A stretch of DNA of 63,003 bases, the filler included, from Gonapodya sp. JEL0774 (Eukaryota): the NCBI GenBank assembly GCA_027604505.1. It is 30 parts of 30 records of this genome, joined end to end, with 100 filler letters (N's around TTAATTAATTAA, not from the genome) between each part and the next. Parts side by side here need not be neighbours in the genome. Positions count along the whole stretch, not along the records: positions 35,854 to 37,854 come from JADIIX010002358.1; positions 37,955 to 39,953 come from JADIIX010002359.1; positions 40,054 to 42,052 come from JADIIX010002360.1; positions 42,153 to 44,151 come from JADIIX010002361.1; positions 44,252 to 46,249 come from JADIIX010002362.1; positions 46,350 to 48,346 come from JADIIX010002363.1; 24 more parts are not named here. One strand, 5' to 3'. The position numbers and the translations under genes are program-made. The notes under the pieces are model-generated. The model was not told where the DNA came from. It made no database searches and saw only the letters and a list, made by a program, of their open reading frames with translations. Positions 35,854 through 48,446 of the stretch are shown one piece after another. How positions within the stretch are numbered: the stretch's first letter is position 1; the number at the start of each line of letters is the position of its first letter.

Positions 35854-37479
35854 CCCTGCCCAGCTCCCAACCTCCTCCAGTACTCCGCCACTTCTCGCAC
35901 CCCCTCCGACGGCTTTCCCAACTGGTGTGTTTGGTGTCGCTGCGGTGGAACCGGGATCTGTAGGGGACGATGACGACGATTTCGGCGACTTCGGCGACTT
36001 TGATGCGTCACCTCCGGTCGACCCGTCCGCCCGACCTGAGGAAGATGATGTTGAGCAATTTGCCGCTCCAGTGCCTGCACTACCTCCATCAGAGACTGTG
36101 AAGGCTCAACCACAATCGCCAGAGCATCCTGCACGTCCACAGCTCTCTGTGTCGGTGCCGGGCATCGACGAAAACACTTTGGTCGGGATTACCAACATGG
36201 TGGTATGTCACTGATTTTCGGTTGTCTGTGCGTGTCGGCGGTCGGGCATAGAATTTTCTTACCGTCTGTATCGACTTCACCTGGATAGGCTCTTTTGGCT
36301 GAGCGACCAGCTTCTCCCACCGCAGAATCACAATTGTCTGATTTTATTGCAAGTACCTTTCCACTGTCACAAGAACTTCCGGAAACCACGCACTTCGAGC
36401 CTTTGTTTGGAAAGAGTGCACAGCCCACCAAACGTCCGGTTGATATGAGTGAGGGTATGAACAGGGAAATATCACCAGAGGTTGCGGACGTATCGGAACT
36501 GATGAAAATGGTCGATGGAGTGGATGGGTAAGCACGTCGCGCTAGATTCTGAGCTTTGCGTTCCGAAGTCTGAGTTTCCCGTTCACCCTCTCCACACCAA
36601 TAACAGAATCCCACTCTTTCTCTCCCTCATCAACGATATATCTGGTGATTCCTCCGTGGGAGGTGCAGGGCGATTCCGGTGGAGGAGGTCGCACATTCGC
36701 CGCAACTATTTGCTCTCTCTGGGTGTCCCCGTGAACCTGGACGATGTGAGTCCCTGCTTCGATTAAGTGGCCAACTGGTTCCTGCTTGTAGTTGTATCTC
36801 ACGGAATGACATGCGTATAGTCTTATAGCCACAGCAACCTGCAGCTTGTACTTAATCCTGCAACCGAACTGAACGCAGCAGTTGTGACTTCTGAAACTAC
36901 GTCTCACCAGGCCGCCACCAGTACCGCCACCGGAACAAAAACACCAGATGCTGGGTCTCCGTCTGCGAATCGGCGGGAGTTACCAGGTACTCAGGGGCAA
37001 CGCGGGACATTGCAACCAGGCAATTCTTCAGGAGTAACTGGACACACGCGGTCCAACAGTTCCAGCAAACCTGCCAAACCTCCACCTTCTAGATCGAAAC
37101 CTGCAAATGTAACCATGGAGGAACGCGAACGACTCTTCGAGCAGTCTCGTGCGCTGGTCGCCAGTACTGAAGAGGACGTGCGGGCTATGAGTGAGGAGGA
37201 GCTGCAACAGTTGTTGGCGAACATACAACTGGCAACGCAACGAACAGTGGAGTACATCGGTCAATTGAAAGATAGAAAGGAGCAGTTGTTGATGGGTGAG
37301 TCAGCTATCAAGCGTTCGTTTCTGTACAATCAGGACGTGCTCTGAAAGATTGTTTTATTGCTCATGAAGATGCCGAAATGCACAACAAGATGATTGGAGC
37401 ACTCGTTCAGCTCGCGCAACAACAGAAAATGGCAAAGGCAGCGACGCCACCGGCGAAAAAGTCCGGATTCTTTGGCTAG
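35854..37479 (+). CDS. Fungal DUF5102-like protein, spliced
   Basis: DDDDDFGDFGDFD, FRWRRSHIRRNYLLSLGVPVNLDD and a C-terminal helix DAEMHNKMIGALVQLAQ. Confidence 0.7.
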
Positions 37480-37954
37480 CCCGACTCCCAAGCCTTTTCG
37501 GGAAAGAAGAAATTACATAAGGCGAATTAATGCTTACGATGTGTATGGTATAATGTAATATACTCGCTCTTGTGTATGTGCGCAATGTCTGTGAGAGTTT
37601 CATGTGTGCCCACATTCATTGGCATGAAACACAGTAGTGCACTGATCTATTGATTTTCTCGAATGCTCAGCGAGATTTGTTCGTATAAGAAATAACCGCT
37701 TCCATTTGACTTCCTTCCAACTTCTTATTATTCAACTCTGCTAGCCCAAGCATTATGACGCAGATTCGGTCCCACCCCCAAGACACACAAAAGCCTCCCT
37801 TTCGCACACACGGTACACGCCAAATTTGTGATTCAAACCTCTCTGCCCTCCGATNNNNNNNNNNNNNNNNNNNNNNNNNNNNNNNNNNNNNNNNNNNNTT
37901 AATTAATTAANNNNNNNNNNNNNNNNNNNNNNNNNNNNNNNNNNNNNNNNNNNN

Positions 37955-38380
37955 CGCCGGACTAAATGGGAGAACCAAACACGCACTAGAGCCACCCTGC
38001 GGCTTCCTCGTTCACCTCAGAAAAATATATATTCACAATCTCCCGAAAATTGGATCCAGATCTCATCTCGCACCAAAAAACAATCCACGTCAACTCACTT
38101 TGCGAGACAATCACCCAAAGACTTGCTCGCCCAGCTCCCTTCCTCCGCATACGGGAACAGGGCATTTGCATTCACGTCAACGGTCCAAGATGTACCCATC
38201 AGGTCTGTAAGCTTGTTTTCAAAGTCGGCTTTCTTGGATTCGAAGCTGTCCCTGACTGCGAAATGTAATACATGTCAACCCACAAATCCAGATCAGGAGG
38301 CAAGCCAGTGACAAAAGAAACATACGGTTTTTGCGAATAGCGAGTGGGAGCTTTTCCACGGCGGGCTTGACGGTGAGCAT
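37955..38380 (-). CDS. Fungal-type hypothetical protein, N-terminus
   Basis: Spliced product MLTVKPAVEKLPLAIRKN/LRDSFESKKADFENKLTDLMGTSWTVDVNANALFPYAEEGSWA. Confidence 0.55.
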
Positions 38381-38799
38381 CGTTGTATTCGAGTTCGATG
38401 AAAGGAGTTGAGGTTTGGAATGAGCCACGCTCGGCGGTGCTGCGAGATCTGGCCACATGCAAGTACCTCCACAGAGATAATTGAGCGGCAAAACCTAGCC
38501 ATCAACGATTTTGAGACGTGGATAAAATGTGCGCTGTAGCTTTGTTTATGCAGAGATACGGAGAGTGCGCTACCAATTGAAGGTGTCCTATGATAACCGG
38601 GTTGACGCAAATGCTGCGTCTTGTCTATTTCATGAGCCCAAGTATTCCGAAGCGTGCTTGCTTATTTACTGTAGTATGCTATAGGTGGATTGCCATTGTG
38701 CGACCAAGGAGTATCACCAAAAGGTTCCTCTCAAACCTCATCCACGACTACTCCGTGGGTCGGCTATCCCCGAAACGAAATTGACTTGGCCCTTCCAAA

Positions 38800-39953
38800 A
38801 TGACTTCTGCAACACTACAGCATCCTTCGACCGACTCTGCAAGAGCCACGTTTAATCAATTGGTACAATCGGCGCTTCAAGAGTCCAGGGAGCGCTTTGT
38901 TCGAAACAACCCCCGATCCAAAGCCCACTTCGAGGCCGAAGCCACGCAAAGAGTACCTGGTGGATCTACAAGAAACTCTTTGTCCCATCCGGTTGGTTGG
39001 AAACTGGATTTGCTGCTCATTCTTTTCACTCTCCGTTGATCGATCGGCCCATTCCGATCCCGAACAGCCGTTCCCTATTTTTGTAGACAAAGGCTGGGAG
39101 AACCGTCTGCTGGACATTGATGGACACGAGTACTTGGATGTTTTTGGAGACGCGACGGCAGGAAGTGCGTGTCGTGAACCTTCCTCACGAACCGTTGAAA
39201 ATTCAGTACCCGATCTCTACATGACACCACTTCTCTCCAGTTTACGGGCACTCTCACCCTGCTATTCAGCGTGCAATTCAACGTTCTCTGGAAACTGGTG
39301 TCAATCTCGGGGCGCATATACCCATGGAAGCTCGTTTTGCCGAAGCTGTCTGCGACAGGTTTGGCTTCGACATGGTCCGGTTTTGCAATTCGGGAACCGA
39401 GGCCAACATGATGGCAATACAGACCGCGAGAATCGTAACAAAAAGGAAGAAGGTGTTTGTGTTTGAAGGTAGGTCCGTACTCGTGATCATCCCATGCCAT
39501 TACTCACATCGTTGCGGGCAAGGCTGCTATCACGGCGCTGTCTTCATCTTCCGCAACGGTCCCCATCCCATAAGTGCACCATTCGAGTACATTATGGGGA
39601 CCTACAATGATATCGAGTCTACTCGTGACTTGCTCCGTCGCAATGTTGACGACACGGCGTGCGTCATTCTCGAGGTTATGCTCGGCGGAGGAGGGTGCAT
39701 ACCGGCAAGCAAGGATTTTGTACGAATGCTCAGGGAAGAAACGACGAAACTAGGCGTGTGCCTCATCTTTGATGAGGTCATGGTGAGCCGTCCAATCTTG
39801 GCAGCTTCTATGAAACCTCGTATCAATACACTGTTCGCCCTCGTAGACCAATCGCCTTTCCCCAGGTGGGATCGCCCCACTTTACGGCGTCAAGCCGGAC
39901 CTCACCACCCTCGGCAAATCCGTTGGGGGCGGCATGACATTTGGAGGCTGGGG
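38800..39953 (+). CDS. Class III PLP aminotransferase (glutamate-1-semialdehyde aminomutase-like), 3'-partial
   Basis: [50 protein letters not shown] and [13 protein letters not shown]. Confidence 0.9.
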
Positions 39954-40053
39954 NNNNNNNNNNNNNNNNNNNNNNNNNNNNNNNNNNNNNNNNNNNNTTA
40001 ATTAATTAANNNNNNNNNNNNNNNNNNNNNNNNNNNNNNNNNNNNNNNNNNNN

Positions 40054-41047
40054 CATGTGCGAGTTCGTGCGCCAGAAGTGCTGCGATCCGATTCTTTTGA
40101 CAGCATAAGTCAGAAAAAATGTTTGCGCACGTCTTTTGGTGTATAGGAAGAACACGCGGGATGCTGCGACGACGTCGCTCCACTCACTTCGTCATCTCCT
40201 AACAAGGTGAGAATACCGGTGAACAGGAGAATCTTCCCTCCGCCCAGATAAATGACTGATTGCATTTCATCACTATCTGCAACAGCAATCTGCCAGCTCC
40301 ATGGCACAACACCTCGGGTTGACCTAATCACTTTTGTGAACATTTCGTAATTGACGCAAGATTACTCTGTCATTCAATCTGAGCTCATTACTACCGGACT
40401 TCTCACCTTTCAATAATCTCTCATAGACATTTGCAACAAGTGATGAGCGTGGGTCGTCTGCTGGGAGCAAACTGAAGAAACGTTCAACCTCCTGTGTGGA
40501 GCTAGTCATTAGCAAGCTGAAAACCATTCACGTCCTCCACTAAATTGTGGATACCTTCATTCCTGCCTCAGCAACTTTCTCTTCTTCGTTCCGACTTGTC
40601 TCCACAAAGCGAATCCGACCCGTGAATGGAGTAATCTCCAACCGGGCGAGGAAGAACACCACACAAGAGAGAAACATTCCCGTTCCAATGAGCGACAGAG
40701 CATGCAACTGCAAGCAATTGAATACAACCAATCTAATTCGGGAGAGTGATCAGAACCTCACCCACCCTCCTCCCATCGATTCTTCGACCGGTGATCCTGT
40801 AGTAATTTCGTTCGAACGGAGCCGGATTCAAACGAAATCGTCCTTTCTCCAACATACGAGTTGCCAAAGTCGTCACAAGAGATCTTGGATGGAACGCCGA
40901 TCGTTGTGATTCACCCTCAGTTTCGGGGGGCCGAGCTGGTGAGGAGAGCTCCCGAGTGATCGTCATCATTGGAGGACGACGGGAAGAATGAGCGGCGCAT
41001 CTAGGCAGCGAAAATAAAGGACCTTTGATGCATCGAGCGCGGATCAT
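40054..41047 (-). CDS. OMA1: M48 metallopeptidase, OMA1-like, 3'-partial
   Basis: LEITPFTGRIRF, LLPADDPRS, GGKILLFTGIL and the HExxH motif in AALLAHELAH. Confidence 0.75.
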
Positions 41048-41296
41048 TGGAAGAAATGTATTTGGAGCTGGAGATACTGATAGAGGTCTGATAAACGAAT
41101 TTATAAATCGAAAGTCAGTATATTCCACCGTCACGATACAAACTCCTCTGTTTACGTAGATACTACAGTCATTACACCCGACAACTCCGTCCAAGCACAC
41201 ACCCTTTGAAGTTTCCTTGCTGTGCTGAAGTTGTGCCTGATCTGCGAACACCATCCCAGGCAAAGCTAGTCACACGAAGCCCTTTCCCTCGAAGAA

Positions 41297-42052
41297 ATGC
41301 CAGATTCTTCTTCCGGTAGCCCTTTTGATGATCCAACTGTGCGGCACCGCCTGCGATACATTCCTACTTTATTGTCTCTTCTGGGCAACATCTCCGTTCT
41401 AGTCTTCTTCGCAGCAGTCTACAGGTGCAGTAACTACGAATACGTTCTGTGGCAAACAAAAATATATCTACATCTACTCCTGAATAGCTTCCGTCCTGAC
41501 CTTGTTCGATCGAGACTTCATTTCAAACTGCTCATAATTCTGGTGTTCGGTAGTCTCGTGTCCACCGTTGCGTTTTTACATGGTATCTCACCGGTTGACC
41601 CTGAATCTACTTGGTGCTGGTGAGCCCAACAAAATGAAATGCTTGTTGTGACAAACTCAGCTCAAAACTTTGCAGGTCCTTCGCCTTCGGAGTCGTGTTT
41701 GGCAACTGTATGGACTACGTCGCGAGCGCCCTCATTTGTCTTGTGATGTTCCAAACTTTGGTACAGCATATAAATTCAAGACCAAAGTGGCAAGAATATA
41801 TCCTTCTCGCGTATCCCTTCGTTGCTGCGATATTCTTTGGAGGGGTGACCATCAATGCCGTGGGAACTGCTCCCAGTGGAGATTGCTGGTTTCGAGAGCC
41901 GCATGGCTGGCAGTTTACATTAATTTATACCGGTGTTTTGTTCGTGGTGGTGCACAATTTCGTTCTCGCTTCGGCCATTAGCGTTGTTCTGCATCGAACC
42001 ACGCGAAAGGTGGCGAAAGCAATGCGGCAGACAACGGGAATGCAGCTCGATA
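41297..42052 (+). CDS. 7TM receptor-like membrane protein, copy A, 3'-partial
   Basis: Five hydrophobic helices, with a Cys before TM3 (STWCW) and a CW in loop 2 (GDCWF), as in cAMP-receptor-like/Git3-type GPCRs. Confidence 0.6.
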
Positions 42053-42152
42053 NNNNNNNNNNNNNNNNNNNNNNNNNNNNNNNNNNNNNNNNNNNNTTAA
42101 TTAATTAANNNNNNNNNNNNNNNNNNNNNNNNNNNNNNNNNNNNNNNNNNNN

Positions 42153-42640
42153 TATAATGTCGATGCTAGAAAGCTCTGACAAGGAAATGACATCACTCAC
42201 CACGTAAGTAATCTTATCATTGCTGTCGAATTCGAATATCAAAATGCACTCGTTATCCCCGCCGTCTCCGTTGGTCTTAGTTACCGAGAAATTGCACTAA
42301 AATCGTGAACAAAGTAACGTCACACATTACACCCGAGGACATGACTCGCCCCAAAATGATACCAACCGACAAGCAAACCTTGCGCCCGTCTGCACTTTCG
42401 AAGGAATCAGTCACCTCGACCGCGAATGACTTGAAGAATCCTTTCATCATGCCCGCCATCGCGTCATAGCCCAAGACAGGCATGTGGAGAGAGGCAGGTG
42501 CGAATTGATACTTAAGGTCCTATCAGAGAGACAATATTAGTTTGAAGCTACGAGCTGATTGGAGAGATTACGTCGTTCAACGCACTGACCTTGGAGAGGT
42601 ATGAGAGGGATTTATCCAAATCTTTTGCCAGGTTGGCGAG
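42153..42640 (-). CDS. SnoaL/NTF2-like small protein, spliced
   Basis: DLKYQFAPASLHMPVLGYD...EVTDSFESADGRKV...DNECILIFEFDSNDKITYV. Confidence 0.5.
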
Positions 42641-42874
42641 GTAATCAGTGGCGATTTCAGTGTGGGAGAGAGCCATAGGTGATTGTAAAGAGTGACCGCA
42701 AAGAGTGATGAAGCGTACTGAAAGTGACTTCTTAAGTGAGATGAGGCGGTTACTGTAGAACCCCGTTTATCCGCTGATCGCAAAATCGCCCCAGGGATTA
42801 TGAAAGTGCGGTTAAATGGGGATCAGCCGCGTCTCATCAAAACTACAAAGCTTCAACCAAATTCCAACTTTCGC

Positions 42875-44146
42875 ATGGCTCAACTCCGCTCAATAGCCAA
42901 AAAGCTCGGCGCTAAACCGACGACAGAGGGTCCTGGGGTCGCCATCTATCGCTCCGTCGGAGATCCTCCACTCAAATACTTCGACCCTTTTCTGCTACTT
43001 GACGGTAACACATCGAATTCTTCGCCTGGTGCTGTCAAACATTTTAGATAACATCTTTCTTCGTATTAAATCCAGAATTCTCCGTCGGTGGTGGCCCCGC
43101 AGGCTTTCCCGATCATCCACACAGGGGCCTCGAAACGCTCACGTACTTGTTTAAGGGAAAAACTCTGGTACGTGAGATACACTCACACGCATTTGCAAAA
43201 ACGTTTCTTGATCCAAATTTGCGTTTTAAGCATGAGGACTTCATGGGCAACAAAGGTGGTATGACCGCCGGCGGCGTTCAGTGGATGCGAGCTGGAAAGG
43301 GAATTGTCCATTGCGAGGGTCCCGCTGACATAGACAACCATGGAATGCAGTGAGTCATCAGGCGTGACTGACTGACCGACAGTCCTTGTGTCATCACTCT
43401 GTCTCCAATGTAACTGCGGCCCAACCCAATTACTAGGCTCTGGGTCAATCTGCCGAGCCGTGCAAAATTCATCGATCCCCACTTCTTCGAGTACAATGCT
43501 TCCGAACTACCAACTCCAGCTCTTCCTAATAATGCCGGCAAAGTTAAGATTATCGCCGGTGATGCCTTTGAGGAAACGGCAAGAATTAAGCATGTCACTC
43601 CGGTAACTTTCCACCACTATTTCCTGAAGCCGAACAAATCCGTTGAAATGGTAAGATTTCAGTTGCAGTTGACGCCCGACAAAATTGCGACGAAGGTGGT
43701 GGCTGCACTTGAGTGACTTTTGTACATTCCATGCCTGGCAGCACGTTCCATCCTCATACAACGCCCTCATGTACGTATTGAAAGGCAACGGAAAATTTGG
43801 GACAAACTCAGTCGAAGGCCACCATCGAGAAACGTTGGTCGCGGAACAAGACGGTGACACCATCCTCGCAACAGCTGGTGACCAGGATTTGGAGTACCTC
43901 CTCCTCGCTGGAGAACCATTGAACGAGCCAGTAGTATCGGTAAATATTCTTTTCCCTTGACAAAAAATTTTGAATCATATTTGCTAACGTGTTTTCCTCT
44001 CTTTGCGTTGGCGACTGTGTTAGAGAGGACCCTTCGTGATGAATACAAACCAAGAAATCCTTGAATGTATCACGGATTTCCAAGCAAAGAAGAATGGGTT
44101 TGAGAAGGCAGAAAACTGGCAGAGTGATCTGAGCAAGAGCATGTGA
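42875..44146 (+). CDS. PIR: Pirin (bicupin), spliced
   Basis: EGPGVAIYRSVG, DPFLLLD, GFPDHPHRGLETLTY, GGVQWMRAGKGIVHCE, LWVNLP and GEPLNEPVVS/RGPFVMNT. Confidence 0.95.
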
Positions 44147-44469
44147 GTTGANNNNNNNNNNNNNNNNNNNNNNNNNNNNNNNNNNNNNNNNNNNNTTAAT
44201 TAATTAANNNNNNNNNNNNNNNNNNNNNNNNNNNNNNNNNNNNNNNNNNNNCTTGAACGAGATCAGCCGCTTGGTTTCCGTAGTTGACGGCGTTGGAACA
44301 CTCTTTGACTAAAGAAGGTCGTCGGAGCTCGGTTGCCTTTCGCAGCATATGTGGGAGAGCAAAGTGACGCCAATCTGTGACCATCGTCTGACTGCGACTT
44401 ACTTCTTATTCTTGCCTCACTTCCGTGTTTCTCAACCCTCCCGTCCTCCTCCTCTTGTTTCCTTCGCAG

Positions 44470-44919
44470 ACCTCACCCACCGCGGCGGCACGCGAAACAA
44501 GCCTGTGCACGTCGTTAACGTCGAGATCCGGGATAACCACGAGGACGCGGCAGTGGGAGCACGGCAGATTCAGAGATTGACGGATATGGTGAGTGCGGAT
44601 CGAGAAGCCACGCGTGACGGAGTCGAGGATAGAACGGTTTTACGTTGCTTGGGTGGCGGTAGCTGGAGCTTTGGTGGTGCGCACTCTGCTTGAATCTCAC
44701 TTGGAATTTGAGCTCATCGGTCTCGCCCATCCCACCCCGCCCCCCGAACTCAACTTCTCGCGCATCTGTCATCGTCTCTCTCCACCCCGGCCCTCCTCCC
44801 ATGTGCCACGACAAAAGCTTGACGCCAGCGCAGACGTTGACGCTGACGTAGACAGCATTATCAACGAGTTCTCGCGAAAGACGGGGGCTAACGTAGTGCA
44901 CGCGGTGCACTTTTACTAG
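44470..44919 (+). CDS. SSU72: RNA polymerase II CTD phosphatase Ssu72, last two exons
   Basis: LTHRGGTRNKPVHVVNVEIRDNHEDAAVGA...M (44470-44588) spliced to LDASAD...VVHAVHFY* (44818-44919). Confidence 0.88.
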
Positions 44920-46434
44920 TTCACGCACCGAAATTCAGGGCACACAGGGACAAAACACGGGACCGGATATTCGCCTGCCGTCACCGCGCGACACGATTTG
45001 TTACGAAAAGTTCGAACCGTTCCGCGGCAATGAAGAGTGCTCCCCTGTAATGCGTCAACTGCGACCGACGACCGACTTGCTTTGTGCGGTTTGATTTTTT
45101 TTTTTGATACTAATTGATGGAAATGGATGTATTGGTAGCTCCTATTCTCAGCTATGCACATGAACATGTGCATGTACGAAAACACCGTTCTTGATCTCAG
45201 AACCACGATATCGTATATCATGTGCCTGAACATTCGACTTGCGCGATCAATCTTGCAGTGAGTTCGCATGGACGAGTTGTAGTTGATTGTGGTCTCCTTG
45301 ATATTGGAGCTCGGTCCCACGGCTATGTAGTTACTTGTTCTGTCGTTATCACAATTTGCAATATGATGATATCCCCGGCAGTCTTTACCGTGAAGACGGG
45401 CTACAGGAGGAGCGTACTGCATTTGTCTATGTAGCGCTCGCCAATCGAAAATTGGATGAGCTCGCACTTGTAGTCCGCAAGGTTAGTGTTTGATCGGAGA
45501 GGACGGACCCCGCCTGTGTACAAGTCCCTCACCGCGACCGATCCGACGTGGCGTCGGTAACAAACGAGCTGGATAGATGGACGGTCGGTAAACTGGTTCG
45601 AACTTGAAGGTAATCATGTTTGGGGTTTCCCGGGCACCCAATTGTGCTTGAGAAATGTAACGAGTTTGGCGGCTTGGTCTGGCAGAGAGACCAAACCACC
45701 GCTTCTTTACAACGAGATCTCCCTCTCAGTAAAAAAGATATGTAACTGGTGTGAGCCATTCATTTTTCCTTTCCAAATCGGGATTGCGCATTCTGATACC
45801 AATAACAAGGCGAAAGGACTCAAGCTCTGCACGGTATCTCAAGCCACACGGAAACCTGGGGAATCCTGACTGCCCCGCTTGCTGAATCGCCCGCTCGTTG
45901 TTTTTCGTTTCCAGCCGCCTGCTCGCTCTATTTGAGCTCTGCGAGTTTTCCGGATTTTCGGCCCCCCGCTGCTGTCGAGATCACCGCCATTTGAGCCAAT
46001 CCTCGGGCCTGTCCCGCTTACACTTTTCCGCGCTGAACAGCGGTCGCATCGGAACACTCAATGTCGTGCTGTGGAGCTGAAGATGAAGATCCTAGGGAGA
46101 AGCTGCGCAATGCCATTAAAGCGGGAGTCGTGAGAGTGACGGTACGTGTTGGGTCCGTGGCGGCAGAACTCATAGACACACTTCGGACCCACGGCGGGCA
46201 GTCTGGAACGATGTCACGAATAAACTCTGACCTATTTCCGACTGCTTCCNNNNNNNNNNNNNNNNNNNNNNNNNNNNNNNNNNNNNNNNNNNNTTAATTA
46301 ATTAANNNNNNNNNNNNNNNNNNNNNNNNNNNNNNNNNNNNNNNNNNNNCCCCGTAACATCACTATCATTTTTTTGCACACTGTAACGTCGATGCAGAAA
46401 TGTTGATACGCTGGTACCTGCCCCATACTCGACA

Positions 46435-47636
46435 ATGTCTCCAGAAACCACCTCAGTCATGAATCCTTCAAACATCATGCCATTTCCAGCATCCACGTCA
46501 TCAACAACTTTCCTAAGCTATAACCAGCTCCCCTCGATCTCACAATTTTCATCCGTACAGAGCAACGTGACTTCTCCGGTGCACTATTCCTTGGCGACGG
46601 TTTCAAATTCTGGCGGAGCAACGCCCACCGTCGTGTACTCCCAGAACCCTTCTTGGGATCCACAAACTCCAAGGATTCACAGCGAACAGGAACAACAGGC
46701 AGTGTATACTGCACCATATTCATATCGGATTGCCCACAACACCTCTGCGCAGCCGCCAAATCAATTCATGCTCGCTGAGAGAGCGTACGCCACAAATGGC
46801 CAACCATTCCAAATCTACAGGTTATCTCCGCAATCGTCAGGGTCTGGATACTACGCCGAAACACCACGCTCTCAACACGCCCCCGATCAACAACTCGGTA
46901 CAGTGATCCTCCAAACCGCCCCATCCAACTCCGCGTTTTTCTCCAGCGAGCAACCTCATGCGATGACGCAAACGACGTACTCCACATCCTCAGCTCCTGC
47001 TGAAGGTTACTATGATTACGGGGCTCCAGATAGTGCCGGTGCAGCTCCAGCCGCAGAGACGAGTAGCGGTAATGGGAGGATGGTGCGCCGTCGCAAAGCT
47101 GGGTCTGTTCCGGGAGCCTTAAGTAGTGGACCAACGGACTTAATCGGGTCCCGAACAGCTGCACCGTGTGATTTGTGCAATCAAGTGGTACGTGTTGGAT
47201 TAGTGCTAGTTGTGACTTGACTTTCCTGAGAACTTGGTTGTTTTCTGCCGCTCTGTCCCTCCTCAGTTCCGCCGCACGGCAGACTTACGACGACACATGC
47301 GAATTCATTCGGGTGTGCGGCCATATCAGTGTGAGACATGTGGTGAAGTGAGAATCCGTCGATATCCGGTACTCTGTGGTGCTGCTCTTGAGTCTAATCA
47401 CTCCCGCTCGATGGCAGAGCTTCACCCGTGCAGACCATCTGCATCGCCATCGTGGCAAGAAACGTCCTTGCAGAGTGGGCGAACGACTTTCCTCGTCTCT
47501 TTCTACGGTGACATTACACAACTCACATCGGAAGAGGGATTCTTCAGTTGGGGAGGAACAGGAATCGATCATTGGATCGGGTATTTCCCCCCAATCTCAA
47601 TATCGTGAGCTGGAGCGTGAGAGCAGATACGAATGA
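46435..47636 (+). CDS. C2H2 zinc-finger transcription factor
   Basis: CDLCNQV/FRRTADLRRHMRIHSGVRPYQCETCGE/SFTRADHLHRH. Confidence 0.88.
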
Positions 47637-47878
47637 CATTCGCTGCTATGGGGTTGGAGTGACTGTGTACCCTGCGTGCAATGGGTCGAGAAATTTCCGG
47701 AACAGGGCCTGAGATCCTCTTTTGCATTTGATGCCGCAGGACGACATCTTGTATTGATTTCTTGCATGTGTAGTCACACGTTAATGCATTCTCTTGTACA
47801 TGGTAATTCCATAATTACCGTTTGGCTGGACTACCGGTGGCGATGATGTCCGAGCTGCGACGCTCATCGAAATCTTGC

Positions 47879-48346
47879 TCATTTTGGGCGCACATCAAGT
47901 CCATATGTCTAATCGTTCGCGAGGTGACCGCAGTGATGTGATGAAGTGGGTGCGTGTGTTCGAAAACCGGAAATAGACCCCGTGGTTGATATGCCACTCG
48001 AGCCATTCTCCTACAACGTATGACAGCCAACGAACTCGCCTTAAATTCTTTGCACATAATGTCGTTGATCCTCTCCAGTGAGTCCAGCCAAATACCCATT
48101 TTGTGCTCAACAACAGGGACTTCCGGTCCGAGTTTGAGAAAGAAGTCTTTTCGGTATGGGCACGCTCGCATGGCCACCTATAGAGCAGAAAACGAAATTA
48201 ACCAGTGTCAGTGCTTCTCGTCAGAGACGAATAAATGGGTAGATGCGCTGGGCGGGGTCAAAGTGCGCTCCGGCCCGATTCCGTGAACTCACCGAGAAGA
48301 CCCCCTTCACCAAGAAATTGTGATACGGTTTCAAAGTTCCTTCATA
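47879..48346 (-). CDS. Glycolipid transfer protein (GLTP/HET-C2-like), C-terminus
   Basis: YEGTLKPYHNFLVKGVFS/VAMRACPYRKDFFLKLG. Confidence 0.88.
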
Positions 48347-48446
48347 NNNNNNNNNNNNNNNNNNNNNNNNNNNNNNNNNNNNNNNNNNNNTTAATTAATT
48401 AANNNNNNNNNNNNNNNNNNNNNNNNNNNNNNNNNNNNNNNNNNNN

